64,000 nt of DNA from Vicugna vicugna (Eukaryota). Made by a program: the position numbers and the translations under genes. The stretch lies in assembly GCA_013265495.1 (NCBI GenBank), contig MU058687.1, positions 4,772,093 through 4,836,092 on the forward strand, read 5' to 3'. The notes under the pieces were generated by a model that worked only from the letters and a program-made list of their open reading frames with translations, made no database searches and had not been told where the DNA came from. Of this stretch, positions 1-12,910 are shown in pieces; the stretch's first letter is position 1, and the number at the start of each line of letters is the position of its first letter.

Positions 1-999
1 AAAGTAGGAACAATGCAGCCACCTCACACGAGGTCCAAAGTGAAGAATAAATAAGAAAGTTGTTTTTATCATCAGGACCTGGGGAGGAGGCACACTTTCA
101 AGGGAGGGGGAGGTGCTGAGGGGAGACAGAGAGACTGAGATGGAGAATGCATTTGAAATACATTTAATTAGGGAGGAGAGATGAGAATCATCAAATAGTT
201 GCAAAGGGCAATTGTCTTGCTAAAAGTAATAAAGGAAGGAAAATAGAAGCTATCGGCTGAGGTTTTGAAGAGAATAAAATATTTAAAAAATTAGGAGCTA
301 ATGCATTCAGCAGAAATCAGTTTTAAAAGGAAAACTGTAAGCTAATTACCAAAATATTACATAATAATGCAATGATGTGTTTGTCCATTGATAAGAGGTG
401 AGGGGTAAAATTCTGTTGAATGAATAACGAAGAGTGGCTTTGACAACCAGGAGTCAACTTTGATCCATTTTAGTCTCTTAGGTGACTCTTGACCTCAGAC
501 TTTGTTTTAAGAAGAGCAAAATCATTTGACTTAATATTCCTGGAGATCTAATTCATTCAAAAGAATAGAAAAGTTACATATTTTAAGCAGAGTCTTTTTT
601 TATATCAGACTGTGCCCTCTCCCAATTCATACACACGGATAAGACAACCTGAGTTAGAGCCCATCACCTCCTGGAAAACTAAGCAACCACTTAAATGAAG
701 AGTACAAAAATACAGAGAAAGATTCAAATACTATAATAGAAAAGGGATGCAAATTATGTAAGCACTGTAATTACAGCTATATGCAAACTATGTTTTCCTA
801 TAGATGGAGACCAAAGAGAAAGGCAAGTAGCTATCCGGACAATGGGTATTACTTACGTGAATCAATTTACATAATCTTTAAGCTCTTCCAAATGCCAAAT
901 AATGTGTACTTGGGAGGTTGTTGAGCAGGATCTGGGTGCATTTGATGATGACATACAAGCACAGTCTCACTCGGGGCTTAAAGTCACGGCACTGGTCCT

Positions 1000-1930
1000 T
1001 TATACCTGTGGAGTTCAAAGAGAACCCTTGAACCATTATCCTACCGGCCCGGCACCCAAAACTCAATCACCCCCAAGTGAAACTTAACCACTTTCATGCC
1101 TAAGCTGTGCTTCCTTCTTTATCTGCAGTTTCATTTGCCCAAATTTGAAAACTCTGTATCAGCCTTAACCCCTCTCTTCTTTCTTCCCGTAATATCAGCT
1201 GGATCGCCACGTCCTTTTATTCTTCCCGGCTTCAGTATCCACTTCTTCCTTCATCCCTCACACTGACCCAGGTACAGCCCGCAGCTCTCAGGTCCCGGTT
1301 ATTGCGATGCCTCCATCTAGATCCACACACACACACACTTCTGTCTCCTGCCATCTTCCACATCACAGCCAAAGTTATTTTCTTTGATAATAGATAAAAT
1401 CTGTCTTTCCCCACAGACCAAAATAACTATTTTCAAACTTTTTAAACATTAAAATTGTCCTTTAAAAATGCCTATGTTGGAGTGACTGTGATATATTTAC
1501 TAAATGAAAGTTGTCTGTTTCAGAAAGCTGAAAAAATACTTGGTGGAAAGTACTTTATTAAAAGTGTAATTCCTGAAATGTTTTTGCTCCTTAAAAAAAG
1601 AAAAGAAAAGAAATCACTCTAAGGCAAACACGTGGCTTGTCTACTAAGATACTGGCCTGTCTCCTAAGGTATGAAAAGCTTACTCTGGCATTCATGCTCT
1701 GCACAGCTCTCACTAGCCTACTTTTTCAGGCCTGTCTGCCATTCTCAGCTCTTCAGCCCACACACCCTGCCAAAGAGGTGATGCTGTTTGTGTTTCCAAA
1801 ATAAATTATGCCCTTTTGATCTTTGTTATGACCTCCAGGTAGAATGTCCTTCCCCACCTTTAAAATAAGGTGAATGCTCCTGCAACTCAAGACTCGGTCC
1901 CACTCTTCTCCCCTCCTTTGGGCATTTTCT
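1000..1930 (+). mobile_element. L2 LINE 3' region, degraded and fragmented (tail resumes at about 2430-2545)
   Basis: Pyrimidine-rich L2-like motifs such as ccatcttccacatcacagccaaagttattttc and tagaatgtccttccccacc. Confidence 0.55.
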
Positions 1931-1965
1931 CCTTTTATTTTTACAATAAAATGCAAGGTTAGTAT

Positions 1966-2413
1966 GTTTTCCAGTTTTACTGATATATAATTTACATATA
2001 ACTTTATATTAGTTTAAGGTGTACAACTTAATAATCCCACTAATATGTGGAATCTGAAAAACAAACAACAAACTCACAGAAACAAAGAAAAGACTGGTGG
2101 TTGCCAGAGGCAAGGCATGGGGCATCAGGGAAATGGGTGAAGGTTGTCAGAAGGTTCAGATTTCCAGTTACAAGATAAATGCGTTCTGGGGAGCTAACGC
2201 GCAGCACGATAACCGTAGTTAACAGTACTGCACTGTTAATGTAGTATTTGAAAGTTGCTAAGAGAGTAGATCTTAAGAGTTATCATTAGAAGGAAAAAAA
2301 TTTGTAACTATGTGAGGTGATGGATGTTAATTTACTGAGGTAAATTTCTCTCGTTCCCTCCTTCTCTCTCTCTCTATTTTATATATATATATATGTAATC
2401 ATTATGTAGTACA
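1966..2413 (-). mobile_element. Short L1 (L1MA9-like 3' UTR) with 5' inversion
   Basis: 1966-2035 is the extreme L1 3' end on the minus strand. 2036-2413 is the preceding 3' UTR on the plus strand (atgtggaatct...gttgccagagg...gaaagttgctaagagagtagatctta). Confidence 0.75.
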
Positions 2414-2999
2414 AGTTTTTATTAAAGCCAGTGACCCTCTCCTGTAGATTCCCATCTCATTTTAAACGTATCTCTACTATAATACTTACGTGTTGTATTA
2501 TTATATACACCATGTTCCTTAGCACATGTAAGATCCTCAACAATGTTTCATAATTTACATACCATTGCATTTAATTTTTACTGGTTGAATACTCTATTTT
2601 TCTTGTAAGAATAGATTATTTTGACTACAGTCACTTTTTAGTAAACTTTAAACTCTACCAAAATGAATGTCCTTTCTTTATTCTTCTTTTAAAATTTTCT
2701 TCTCAAATCTTTTCCCTTATAAACTTCAAAAGAGATTGATTCTGTTTAGAGGTGTCTTACAGACTAACATGCTCACTGATGTATTCGTGTTTTTCCTATC
2801 CAGGAACATCACACGTGTCTCCATATGTATGGACGTCTTTTATGTCCTCCAAAAACTGTAGTTTCCTTTGTATTGCTTTTCTTTATGTAGCTTTCTTTTT
2901 GCATTATTTCAGGCTATTTTATAGATTTGTGTTCTTGTGGCTGGGATTTTCTCCTGTCATTTCGATCTGGTAATCAATACTATTAAACTGAGCTATTGA

Positions 3000-4350
3000 T
3001 TTTTTTTATTATAGTAAAATATACATAATGACAACCATTTTAACCGTTTTTAAGTGTACATTAAGCACATTCACATTCTTGCACAACCATCACCATCATC
3101 TCCAAAAGAGTTTCACCTCCCCAAATTGAAACTGTGCCTACCAGACAATAACTTCCCATTCCTCTTTCCCCCAGCCCTTATAAACCACTATTCTACTTTA
3201 TGTCTCTAAATATTTGACTATTCTAGGTATCTCATGTCAGTAGAATTTTGTAATATTTGTCCTTTTGTATTTGGCTAATTTCACCCAGCATAATGCCTTC
3301 AGGTTTCATCATGTTGTAGTAAGTATCAGAATTTCATTTGTTTTTAAAGTTGAATAATATTCCATTGTGTGTATGTACCGTTATTTTGCTTATCCATTCA
3401 CCTATCAGTGGACATGTGGATTGTTACCACTCCTTGGCTTTTGTGACTAATGCTGCTGTGAAAATTGGTATATAATATCTGTTTGAATCCCTACTTTCAG
3501 TTCTTTTGGTTACGAATTTAGAAGTGGAGTTAGTGGATCATCCTTTAATTCTACATTTAATTTTTTTGAAAAAGTGTCATACAATTTTCCACGGTGGCTC
3601 TACAATTTTACACTCCCACCAGTACTGCAAAAGGGTATACCAGTTTTCCATGTCCTAGTTCCAATTTCTCCGTATCTCCATAAATCAACACTTACTATTT
3701 TCTGTTATGTTGATAACAGCCATTCTAATGAGTGTGAAGTGATATCTCATGGTGATTTTGATTTGCATTTCCCTGATGATTAGTGATGCTGAGTATCTTT
3801 TCATGTGCTCATTGGCCATCTTGTAAACCTTCTCTGGAGAAATGCTTATTCAAGCCCTTTGCCCATAATTTAATTGGGTTATTTGTTTGTTGTTGAGTTG
3901 CAGGAATGCTCTATATATTCTGGATGTTAATCTCATATCAGATATGTGATTTGCAAATATTTGCTCCCATTTTGTGAGTTACCTTTTCACTCTGTTGACA
4001 GTGTCTTTTAATATACAAGTTTAAAATTTTGAAGTCCAACTTATCTATTTTTTTTTCTTTTGTTACCTTTTCATTTGGTGTTGTGTCCAAAGCTTCATTT
4101 CTAAATTCAAGGCCATGAGCTTTTTCATTAATGTTTTTTTCTACTAATTTTGTAGTTTTAGCCCTTGCTGTTAAGTTTTAATCCATTTTGAACTAATTTT
4201 TGTATACAGTATAAGGTAAGCACCCACCTTCATTTTTTTTGGCATCAGATTCTTAGTTTTCCCAGAATGATTTACTGAAAAGATTGTCATTTCTCCATCG
4301 AATAGTCTTGACACCCTTGTCAAAAATCATTTGACCATCTATGCAAGGGT
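3000..4350 (-). mobile_element. L1MB-like LINE-1 fragment (3' UTR and ORF2 end) nested in an older L1
   Basis: Poly-T start followed by typical antisense L1 text (ttaagtgtaca...cattctaatgagtgtgaagtgatatctcatggtgattttgatttgcatttccctgatg). Confidence 0.85.
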
Positions 4351-5690
4351 GACAAGCTGTTGAGTTTTATGTATTTACTTGTATTGGACCAACTTACCAA
4401 TCGATCTCATTAATTTTATGTTTTTAGAAGAGTTATTTAGAGTATGCATGTATTCATTCTTTTTAAAAAAAATGCGTTCTTCCCAATATTTTAAACTTAT
4501 TTCATTTTATTGCTTTATTGGTTTAGTAAGAATTTATATAACATTGTTGAATAATACTGTGATACTGAACATCACTCTCATCCTGACTTTAATGGTGAAG
4601 ACTATATAATTTTATTATTTAGTGTAATGCTACAGTTTGTTTTTGATCATCTTTATCTTATTCAGAACAACTTTTAAAAATTTCTATTTTAATTGCAATT
4701 TTTGAAGGAATGGCTGCTGACATTTCAAGTCTTTTTAAAAATCAAGGATAAAATGATACTTTAATTCTATGTTAATTAGGTGATGAATTTTGCTGTTAGA
4801 TACCTTTTTGTTGAACTACCGTATTTCTCATATTCCTGGAATGGTGTATTATTCTCTTAATGTGCCATTGAATTTTATTCAGAAAAAAATTTAATCGATA
4901 CTCATAAATGAAATTAGTCTAAAATAGTTTGTTCTGTTTTTATGCTGTATATTTATCAGATGTTGGTATTAAGATCTTGTTAGATTAATAAATTAATTGG
5001 GGGCGATAGCTAACCTTGCCTGTGGTCTGATATAATTTGAATAATTTAGGAGTTATCTTTTCTTTGAAAGTTAGATAAGCTTACTTATAAGATTATTCAG
5101 GCCTGTGTCTTTTAAATAGTAGGACTTGAATCCCCTTTTCAGTGGTTTCTATGGTCATTCAATCTACTGAAGGTTTCTACTTTTTCTTAGAAGCCTCTGG
5201 CAAATTATTTTTCCTAGAAATGATTAATTCCCTCTGGTTTTCAAATATATTTCTCTAAAGTGATACCAAATAGTCTTTTATAGTTTTAGTAATTTCTATA
5301 GCTATGGTTATATCTCCTTTATAATTTCTACTATTTTGTTTTCCTTTTAGTTTTTCTTACTTCTGTTTTTTCAGGGGGTTATATACTGTTTTTGACATTT
5401 TAAAGTGCAAGCTTTGGGTTTTTTTAAACTATTATTTTAAAAATACTTTGGGAAATTTTGACTTTTATTAATGTCACATATGAGCTATTACTTTTATTCG
5501 TTTTTGTAAAAGTGCCTTACATTGAAAGTTGAATTCATTTATGTTCATTTCCTTTATTATTATCTAAGGCATTTTCTTCCGAGTAAAGCTTTATCTGTAG
5601 ATTATAGGACTTGATATAAAGTAGTCGTTTTAAAGTAATATTCTAATATTCTATTCATTGGAGTTTTGGTAACTTACCAGTTGTTCTTGG
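4351..5690 (-). mobile_element. Ancient L1M/L1ME fragment, continuing the 2600-2999 segment
   Basis: T-rich, degraded antisense L1 ORF2-like motifs (tatcagatgttggtattaag, tttgaataatttaggagttatcttttctttgaaagttagataa). Confidence 0.6.
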
Positions 5691-5774
5691 CCATTCTTTG
5701 CCAATTCCTTTAATAAGCTTTTTATTGTGCACCTGTGTGTTGCAGGCACCCTGATAGTTACCAGGGGTTCTTTA

Positions 5775-6315
5775 CTATCCAGGATTTCTCTAGTTGTAAA
5801 AGAAACAAAATCTGAACTAGCTTAGACTAAAAATGTTAGCTACTGAGAATTTCATATTAAAAAAGACCAAGGTGCAACTTCACAACTAGGACCATTAGGA
5901 CCAAGTACTCAAAAAATAAGATTTTCTCTGTGTCCAACTCTTGACTCAACAGTTTGGCTTCACTCTTTGGGTCAGTGTTTATTTTCTCACAGCCTCTTTC
6001 TCGTGGTAGGAAATGTGGCCATGGCAGCTATGTGCCTCTCGTGGCATGGCTTTATCCTTGAAGAGGGACTATGGGAGTGTTTCTCTGGTTCCTGTTTACA
6101 AAAAAAAATTAGTGACATGATCTGATTGGGCCAACTGGATTAACACACCTTAGCTAATTAGCTATATGTATGAAAGACAAAATCTGTTAAGGGCTTGAGA
6201 GTTTTCATTCAAATCAATTTATTGGTATGGGGAAAATAGTAATTTCCATGTGAAGGGGCTTACATTTTCAAGATAAGGGGGAAGACGTACTGGGCATATA
6301 GAAAAGTGAAAGTCT
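5775..6315 (-). mobile_element. MLT1 (MaLR, J/K/L-like) solo LTR
   Basis: Start caggatttctctagttgtaaaagaaac...aactagcttag and internal ctgattgggcc resemble old MLT1 LTRs in reverse. Confidence 0.55.
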
Positions 6316-8102
6316 CTTTCAGGTACAATGACTTTGGGGAGTCCCTTCACTTTTAGTCATCACCATAAAATGGAATATTAAACTATTTCTAGAGCTCTGT
6401 ATCATGTAACTGACAGCCGTTTCGATTCTTTCTCCAACTATCTGAGATGAGCCGGTAGGAGAGGTACTGTCGTCTTCTTGATCTTTGGGAAACTGAGGCA
6501 CAGTGAAGAGAAATGATCGTGATAGAATAGAAGGGACCTTAATAGTTGTAGTTTCTTCCTTTTGCCTGACTTTGACCTGGGTTTTAGGATTAAGAGATAT
6601 GTGTCTCACATAAGCAAGAGACATTATTCTTAAAAATATGAACCAACTTTTTCAGGGAAATCGTATTTTATGAATTAGAACCACAAATACCCCCCAAATA
6701 TCTGTTTATAGTCCCTGGCCCCTTGAAAGTGTGAAGTCCATATAAATCAGGAATTTAAATCACAGCACTGGAAAGAAGCAACTACTCTTCATCTGTATTT
6801 CTTTTGCGCAGAATATTCAGTACTTAGAAATCCCTTGATTGCTCTTATTACAGAAGATATTTCAAAGCTGTGGAATAAAAGGAGGAAAAGGAGGCAGATA
6901 AATGCATTCTGAACCTCTCTTTTATTCTAACTATGTCCCACGAGATGTCATCAGAAGGAATGAGTTTCAAAAAACTGCTACAGAAAAGGTTGATGAGTAA
7001 TTATAAAATGATCGTTTTCATTTTTCTTTTCATTCATTTGTATTTTGCCTAAGGATAAATGTATATGAAGTCTTTGCACTTAGTTAATGCTCTGTAAAAT
7101 AGAAGGATAACATTGCCATTCTTAAACATGTTACTTTGCTTTTTCAGAGAGTATTCTTGTTAAATCTAAGATGTATTTTCATATATATATGAAATACATA
7201 CACACACACACACAAAAAAACAGTGTTCAATGTAATGTAAGAACTGAAGGGTAAGATAAAACAATTTTACTAAAAATGGGTGTGATTTTCTTATCTGAGC
7301 CTGCCAAAATTTCACCAAAGAAAAATCATGCATATGTCTTGCAGTTAGATTTCTTTTATAAATTGGAAGCTGTTCCATCGTAGGAGATGTTGTGAACCCT
7401 AATTGATGAGTATTTATAAAATATTTCCACACTGAGATGAAATGACAAAAAGCTGAGATAGATTAATGGGCAGATGCCTGAATGACAGTGTGAAGATATG
7501 AACGTATAGGTGAGCCAAGTTTTATTGATTAATTCAGCAGCATTTATTTCCTGAGCATTCAGAAGGTTGATAGAGAGATAAATTAAACACAACCCTATCC
7601 TCTAGGAACTCATGGTACAGAAGGGTTTGGATTTTCATTTTGTTTGACAATAAAACTTAATACTTATTTTCTTAAACCTGTGCAGTTTCCTAGGACTTAT
7701 TTTGTTCTGCTGTACAAGAAACTAGCTTGGGTACGAAAGTTAAATTAAGTTGGCTGTGAGTTAATCTCTGAAATAAACCTCATTACAGAGTCCATCCTTC
7801 ATGATTTAGGGTTTTGTGAGTGTGGTGTCATTAATCAGGAGTAGGCTATTGTCTGACCTTGCTTTCTATACTTGATAGAGAACAATCTCATATTAAACAA
7901 ACCATTGTCATTTAAGTAAGATTAACTCTTCAGAATGACCAGCCCTCTACTGCCATTTCCCTTGTGTGGGAATTGAGTACCCACCTTGTTTGCGGTTATT
8001 TCTTTTATTGTTTTGCCACATGTTCTCGAGCCATTAGCTTTCTTCTGTCCATTATCCCGGTCCCTGTGCCGATACATAGATGAAGTAAAAAAAAACGTGT
8101 TA

Positions 8103-8256
8103 GGGATACAGTTTGGTGTAATAAAATGAATATAGATCGTTAAGTTAGACAGATCTGGATTAAATTTCTAATTCCTTTACATCTTGGGCAAGTTTTCTTT
8201 TTTTCTTTCCTTTTCTCATTCTGTATCTTTCCTCATCTTTAAAACTGGGGTAGTAA
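8103..8256 (+). mobile_element. MIR SINE interrupted by MLT1B
   Basis: MIR core: cttgggcaagtt...tttcctcatctttaaaactggggtagtaat. Confidence 0.65.
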
Positions 8257-8642
8257 TTTATGGGCTGAACTGTGTCCCTTCAAAATTCATATGTTGAAGT
8301 TATAACCCATAGTACCTCAGAATATAACTGTGGTTGGAGGTAGGGTCTCTAAAGAGGTAATTAAGTTAAAATGAGGTCATTAGGGTGGGTCCTAATCCAG
8401 TATGACTAGTGTCCTTATAAGAAGAGGAAATTAGGGCTCAGAGAGGTAACGAATGTAGGGCATATAATGATGCAGGGAGAAGGTCCTTTACAAGCCAAGG
8501 AGAGAGGCCTTAGAAGAAACCAGCCCTGCTGATACTTCGATCTTGGAATTCTAGCCTCCAGAAATGTGAGGAAATAAATTTCTATTCTTTAAGTCACCTA
8601 ATCTGTGGTAACTTGTTATGGCATCTCTGACAAACTAATGCA
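8257..8642 (+). mobile_element. MLT1B-like MaLR solo LTR
   Basis: ttatgggctgaactgtgtccc...gtaattaagttaaaatgaggtcattagggtgggtcctaatccagtatgact...aataaatttct...aaactaatgca. Confidence 0.88.
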
Positions 8643-10179
8643 GCAACACTATCTAAAGTGAAAGGTAGGGAAACTTGAAATACTGTGCTGTATACTATAA
8701 TATATAATAAATGATTCATACATTTAGCTAGTATGATAATTAATATTTCTTAGCATTAGTATCATAGTGCTGTTAAGCACTACCAAAGGTTTGTGAAAGA
8801 AATAATTGCCCTGAAAGAAAAACAATGAGCTTATGAAAGTTCTTTTAAGCAAGAGGAAATTTAAATGTGTCCCTGGGAGCTTTATTTTTAGATCAATTTC
8901 AGTGTGTAAAGCATTGTATATTCTCTCTCTAATCAACTTATTTTTAGTAGAAGCATCCTGGAATCTGATGAGTAAAAATAATTTAATTTTTTTTTGATAG
9001 AATGTGTTGACTAAAATGTCATTACCTCTGAGACTCAGAAAGAGTCATGATGTTTTTGTCAGCCCTCGTGAACGTGCCCAGAAACAATGTGTGATTTTAT
9101 TACACTTTAGGGGAGTTCAGTGTGTATGAGAAATCACAGCAGTAAACCATCTCAGTAGTTGCTGTTAGATTTGGAAACAGCACATCTGTTTGCCTCCTCT
9201 TCGCCCTCCCTGGAAAATCCATGATAACATTCCCATCTGAAGGTCCAACAAAGCATATTCGCAAGAATAGGTTTTGTATAAAACATGTACTTATCCATGA
9301 AGGGTAGTTCTTGTTGGTGATATTTACCGCTAGAATTAAATAAAGGTTGACTTTTCTATTCATGTGAAAGAATTGGGTTAATAGGTAAAACTATTTTTCC
9401 CTCACCAGCTCCTACAGAACCTTTGACATTGGTTACAACATATAAGGGCTTCATTCTACGCACAAGTTTGAGTTCTAGTATGACCAAGAAGGTTTAATAC
9501 TAAACTGAACCAATATTGGTTCTGCTGAGGGGTTTTTGAATTGAGGTCTTTCTCCCAGAATACTGGGACATGCTCTGAAATGTTGCCTCTGTGTTTTCTC
9601 ACGTAACACCCTTTGGTTTTAATCATTCTTTCCTTAAGAAAGAGGAAGAAATTGCCCCACGTGGAGAAAGACCTTCAGTTGCCCGAGCATTGTTAAAGAA
9701 ATGGAGCTTGGATCTCCGTGATGATACACTTGACTCAGGCAACGTTGTCAGTTTCTCAGCTGGGCAGTAAACCTGATCGTTTCTTTGCCAAAGATAAAGG
9801 ATATTCTTTAAAATAGATGAAATTTCTCTCTTCATGTTCAGCACCTTCAGTTTTATGTTATTTAAGGCTACTTTATTGTCAGTTTTGGTGTTTATTTCAA
9901 AAATTTCAGAGTAGACAAAATAGATCATAATAAACCATCCATTGAGTAAATACATTGTGGGGTTGTTTCTAAAATCTATATCACTTACCTTGTATTCCCT
10001 CGTGGCTCCTTCTGTAATGCAGAGATTTTTGTTGGATTTTTTTGTTTGTTTGTTCCATCTATCATTCGCCCTCCCCTTCTCCTCGTGGAGCTCTTGGTCT
10101 CCAGGGATTCCTTTGGGGAAGCTACAGCTCACAGGTCAGCAGGACAGCCTGAAGAGGGGAGAAGAGGGCAGAATCAAGG

Positions 10180-10295
10180 AAGGGAAGATCTGGCTCTACT
10201 CTAAGTTCCACCACTTAACCACCAAATCAAGTCATTTAGTCTCTTTGAGCCTCCGTTTTCTTTTCTATTAAAACAGTAACAAAAGCATTTGCCAT
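10180..10295 (+). mobile_element. MIR fragment
   Basis: caagtcatttagtctctttgagcctccgttttc core. Confidence 0.55.
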
Positions 10296-12694
10296 GAACA
10301 CATCAGTGGGTACTGGGGAAAGAGACATCCAATGAGATACCCCCAAAGAAAACAATGGGAAAAACCAGTCAAAGCTGTGAAAATATAAGACCCTTCTGTT
10401 ACGAACACTCCCAAAAGAGCCAGGGGTGTGTGTAAGGAGAACCATGGAGCAAACTAAGTATGTAAAAGAAATTGAGAAATTGTTTTTCAGGCCATCAGTC
10501 ATTAAGAGATCCTTGAGCTTTATGTCTTCATTTGCTAGAAGAGATGTTTGTCATTTAAGTCTTTCCATTTCAGTTGTATTGTCTGTGTGGTAACTGATGT
10601 GAATAAAAGATAATTTTAAGTTTAATAGCAATAACTACACCTACTGGCATAGTATTTCTTATGTTATTGATAATCTATTTTCCAAAAGGATTTACCAGTT
10701 TACAAGGAACACTACTGTGGACAAGGTTGATGAAAGAATAGAATAGAAATAAGGAATAGGAAACTGATAAAGTAGAGGAAGCAGACCTATGTTGGTGCCA
10801 TGCTGTTTTGTGCTAACTTCTCAGGCAGTGTTCAAAGAACCCAGAGAAGGAGTCTGACATCTTGTTTCTTATCCTACGAAGTGGTTTGCATGCTAAGTTT
10901 TATTCTTATTTTATTACTTAATTTATTATTCTATCTGCAACACTTTCCCACTAGTAAATTATCCAGTTCTCTTCAAATTTAACTCTCTCAGGACTCCCCT
11001 GAGAGATGCTTCCAAACTTGTTCCATCTTAACACCAATTGAAAATTATTTCAGAAAAAGCTAAATTGTTTTTTTTTTAAATATAAGCATACAATCAACAT
11101 TAAATGCTTTTCTGAAGCTATTTTACCTACAGTGATTTGGTGGGAAAAATAAATTAAATCCAGGTAGTCTATTTTATTTTCTAGTAAACTTTTCTTTTTT
11201 TATACACGTACATACACACATACATACACACATCCATGCATATATATACACATATGTATGTATATATTATTTTTATATCTAATATCGGTGTTAAACAGGA
11301 CCATGATTCTATTCCTGTTGGTAATCTCCCAAACAAGTAATGTGTATGGATACTGGAACTGCCACTATCAGCTCTATCTTAGTAAAGAGCTAGGCAATTA
11401 TGAAAACAATAAGCCAAACTCACCTTTGGTGCTCTTTAGACCAAAGAAGTTGTGTATTAAACAGCATGTCATGCTTGTTGACTATTTGAAGATGTAGTGT
11501 ATCCACCTTATCATGGCTAATGGTCACCGTGTGGAGATCCCATTCCTGAAATACTGCATTGGTTGGAACTCAGAAAAGCAACCTCAGATGCTTGCAGACT
11601 TGCAGATTCTGCAATGTTAAATGGCAAAATTGCCACCATAGCATGTTTTTTCGTTCAGTTGAATTAATCACATTTTGCTAGCAAGCAGGAGATTTACATG
11701 CTTCTGATTATGAATAAATGTAATATGATCTTAGCGCCAGCATACTGAGCACAGTAAGAAACCAGCAATCAGAATTGCTAGGCTCTTTCATGGGGTGGAG
11801 CGTATATGATGTGGTATTGCATGGCTTAGAAGTGAAAATCTTTAATGGATTAAAGAGGATTCTTATGGTTCCCAGGATGTTCCCAAAAAGTTGATTTGTA
11901 GTCCACATTTAAAAATAACAAAATTAACTTTTCATTTTGAAAATGTAAAGCAAAATAATTCCTTGTTGCCTCTGGGACTCTAGGCATTTTACATTAAAAT
12001 TAACGGAAAGAATTCATTTATCTTTAAAAACCAAGCAAGAAAGCAAAACTAACTTAAAAAAAAAAAAACAGGTTATCCGAGGAGAGGGCTGTAACTATTA
12101 ATGAACTTACTCTGAAGCCAACATTAGAGTCTGGGAGCATTCAGGGTCTTTAGTCACCCTTACTAGCAAATTCAACACCAAGAATGCATTTTATATTTAT
12201 TTCTAAATAACAGAATAAGCCATGTGCTATAGACTTTGTACCTGCTATACTCTTCTCACCTGTGAAGTTAGAATCATCTAACGTAGTAACATCCTAAATC
12301 CAGAACAACGGAAGCAATAAAAATAATTTTAAATCAGATTTTTATATCTACTTACCCTAATGTTGTCATAGTGAGGTTCGTTTATTTAAAAAATGAAGTC
12401 ATGGTGACCTTTTAACCATTATATGAAGCTGTATATTTATCTTTTAAAATGCTCTCCCTCTTCGTATTCATTATATTGAGAATTACTGAAAAATACAAGT
12501 GCTGTAGAAGGTTTGTAAACTTATTTGCATGGTGAGAAAAATCAGGCCAGCTTTTGAAAACATGTCAGATTTGAGGGCTATGGCTTTGTTTTCATTCTGC
12601 TTTGGTTTTATTTCATATCTTTTGATATGAAAAGAATGAAGTGCAGTCAACTTTCCGTCATTGGTACAGTTTATTGTAGAATTATATTGAAGTA

Positions 12695-12910
12695 TGATTG
12701 GTAGTTGGTAAAACTAGGCTTTTGGAGGCAGGAGGGTTAAGATGGAGAATTAAAGGAGGTGCCACTTATTTAAGTCAGATATTCAGGTCTCTGTCTCCAA
12801 ACAATGTTAATAAATGAAAAATTCTATAGAACTGTTGTGAAGGTCCAGCTAATGAATTTGAAAAGGCTTTTGCAAACTTTTATATGCCATGCATATGTGT
12901 TGCTGTTATC
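12695..12910 (+). mobile_element. MIR fragment
   Basis: ggctttggaggcag head and gttgtgaagg...tgaaaaggcttttgcaaac tail. Confidence 0.5.

Noticed and set aside
9623..10132. 169-aa minus ORF, and an exon-like purine-rich stretch after ttctttccttaag (9639 onward)
   Set aside because: No recognisable homology. The AAG acceptor is weak, there is no good donor, and the phase-1 reading stops after about 27 codons.
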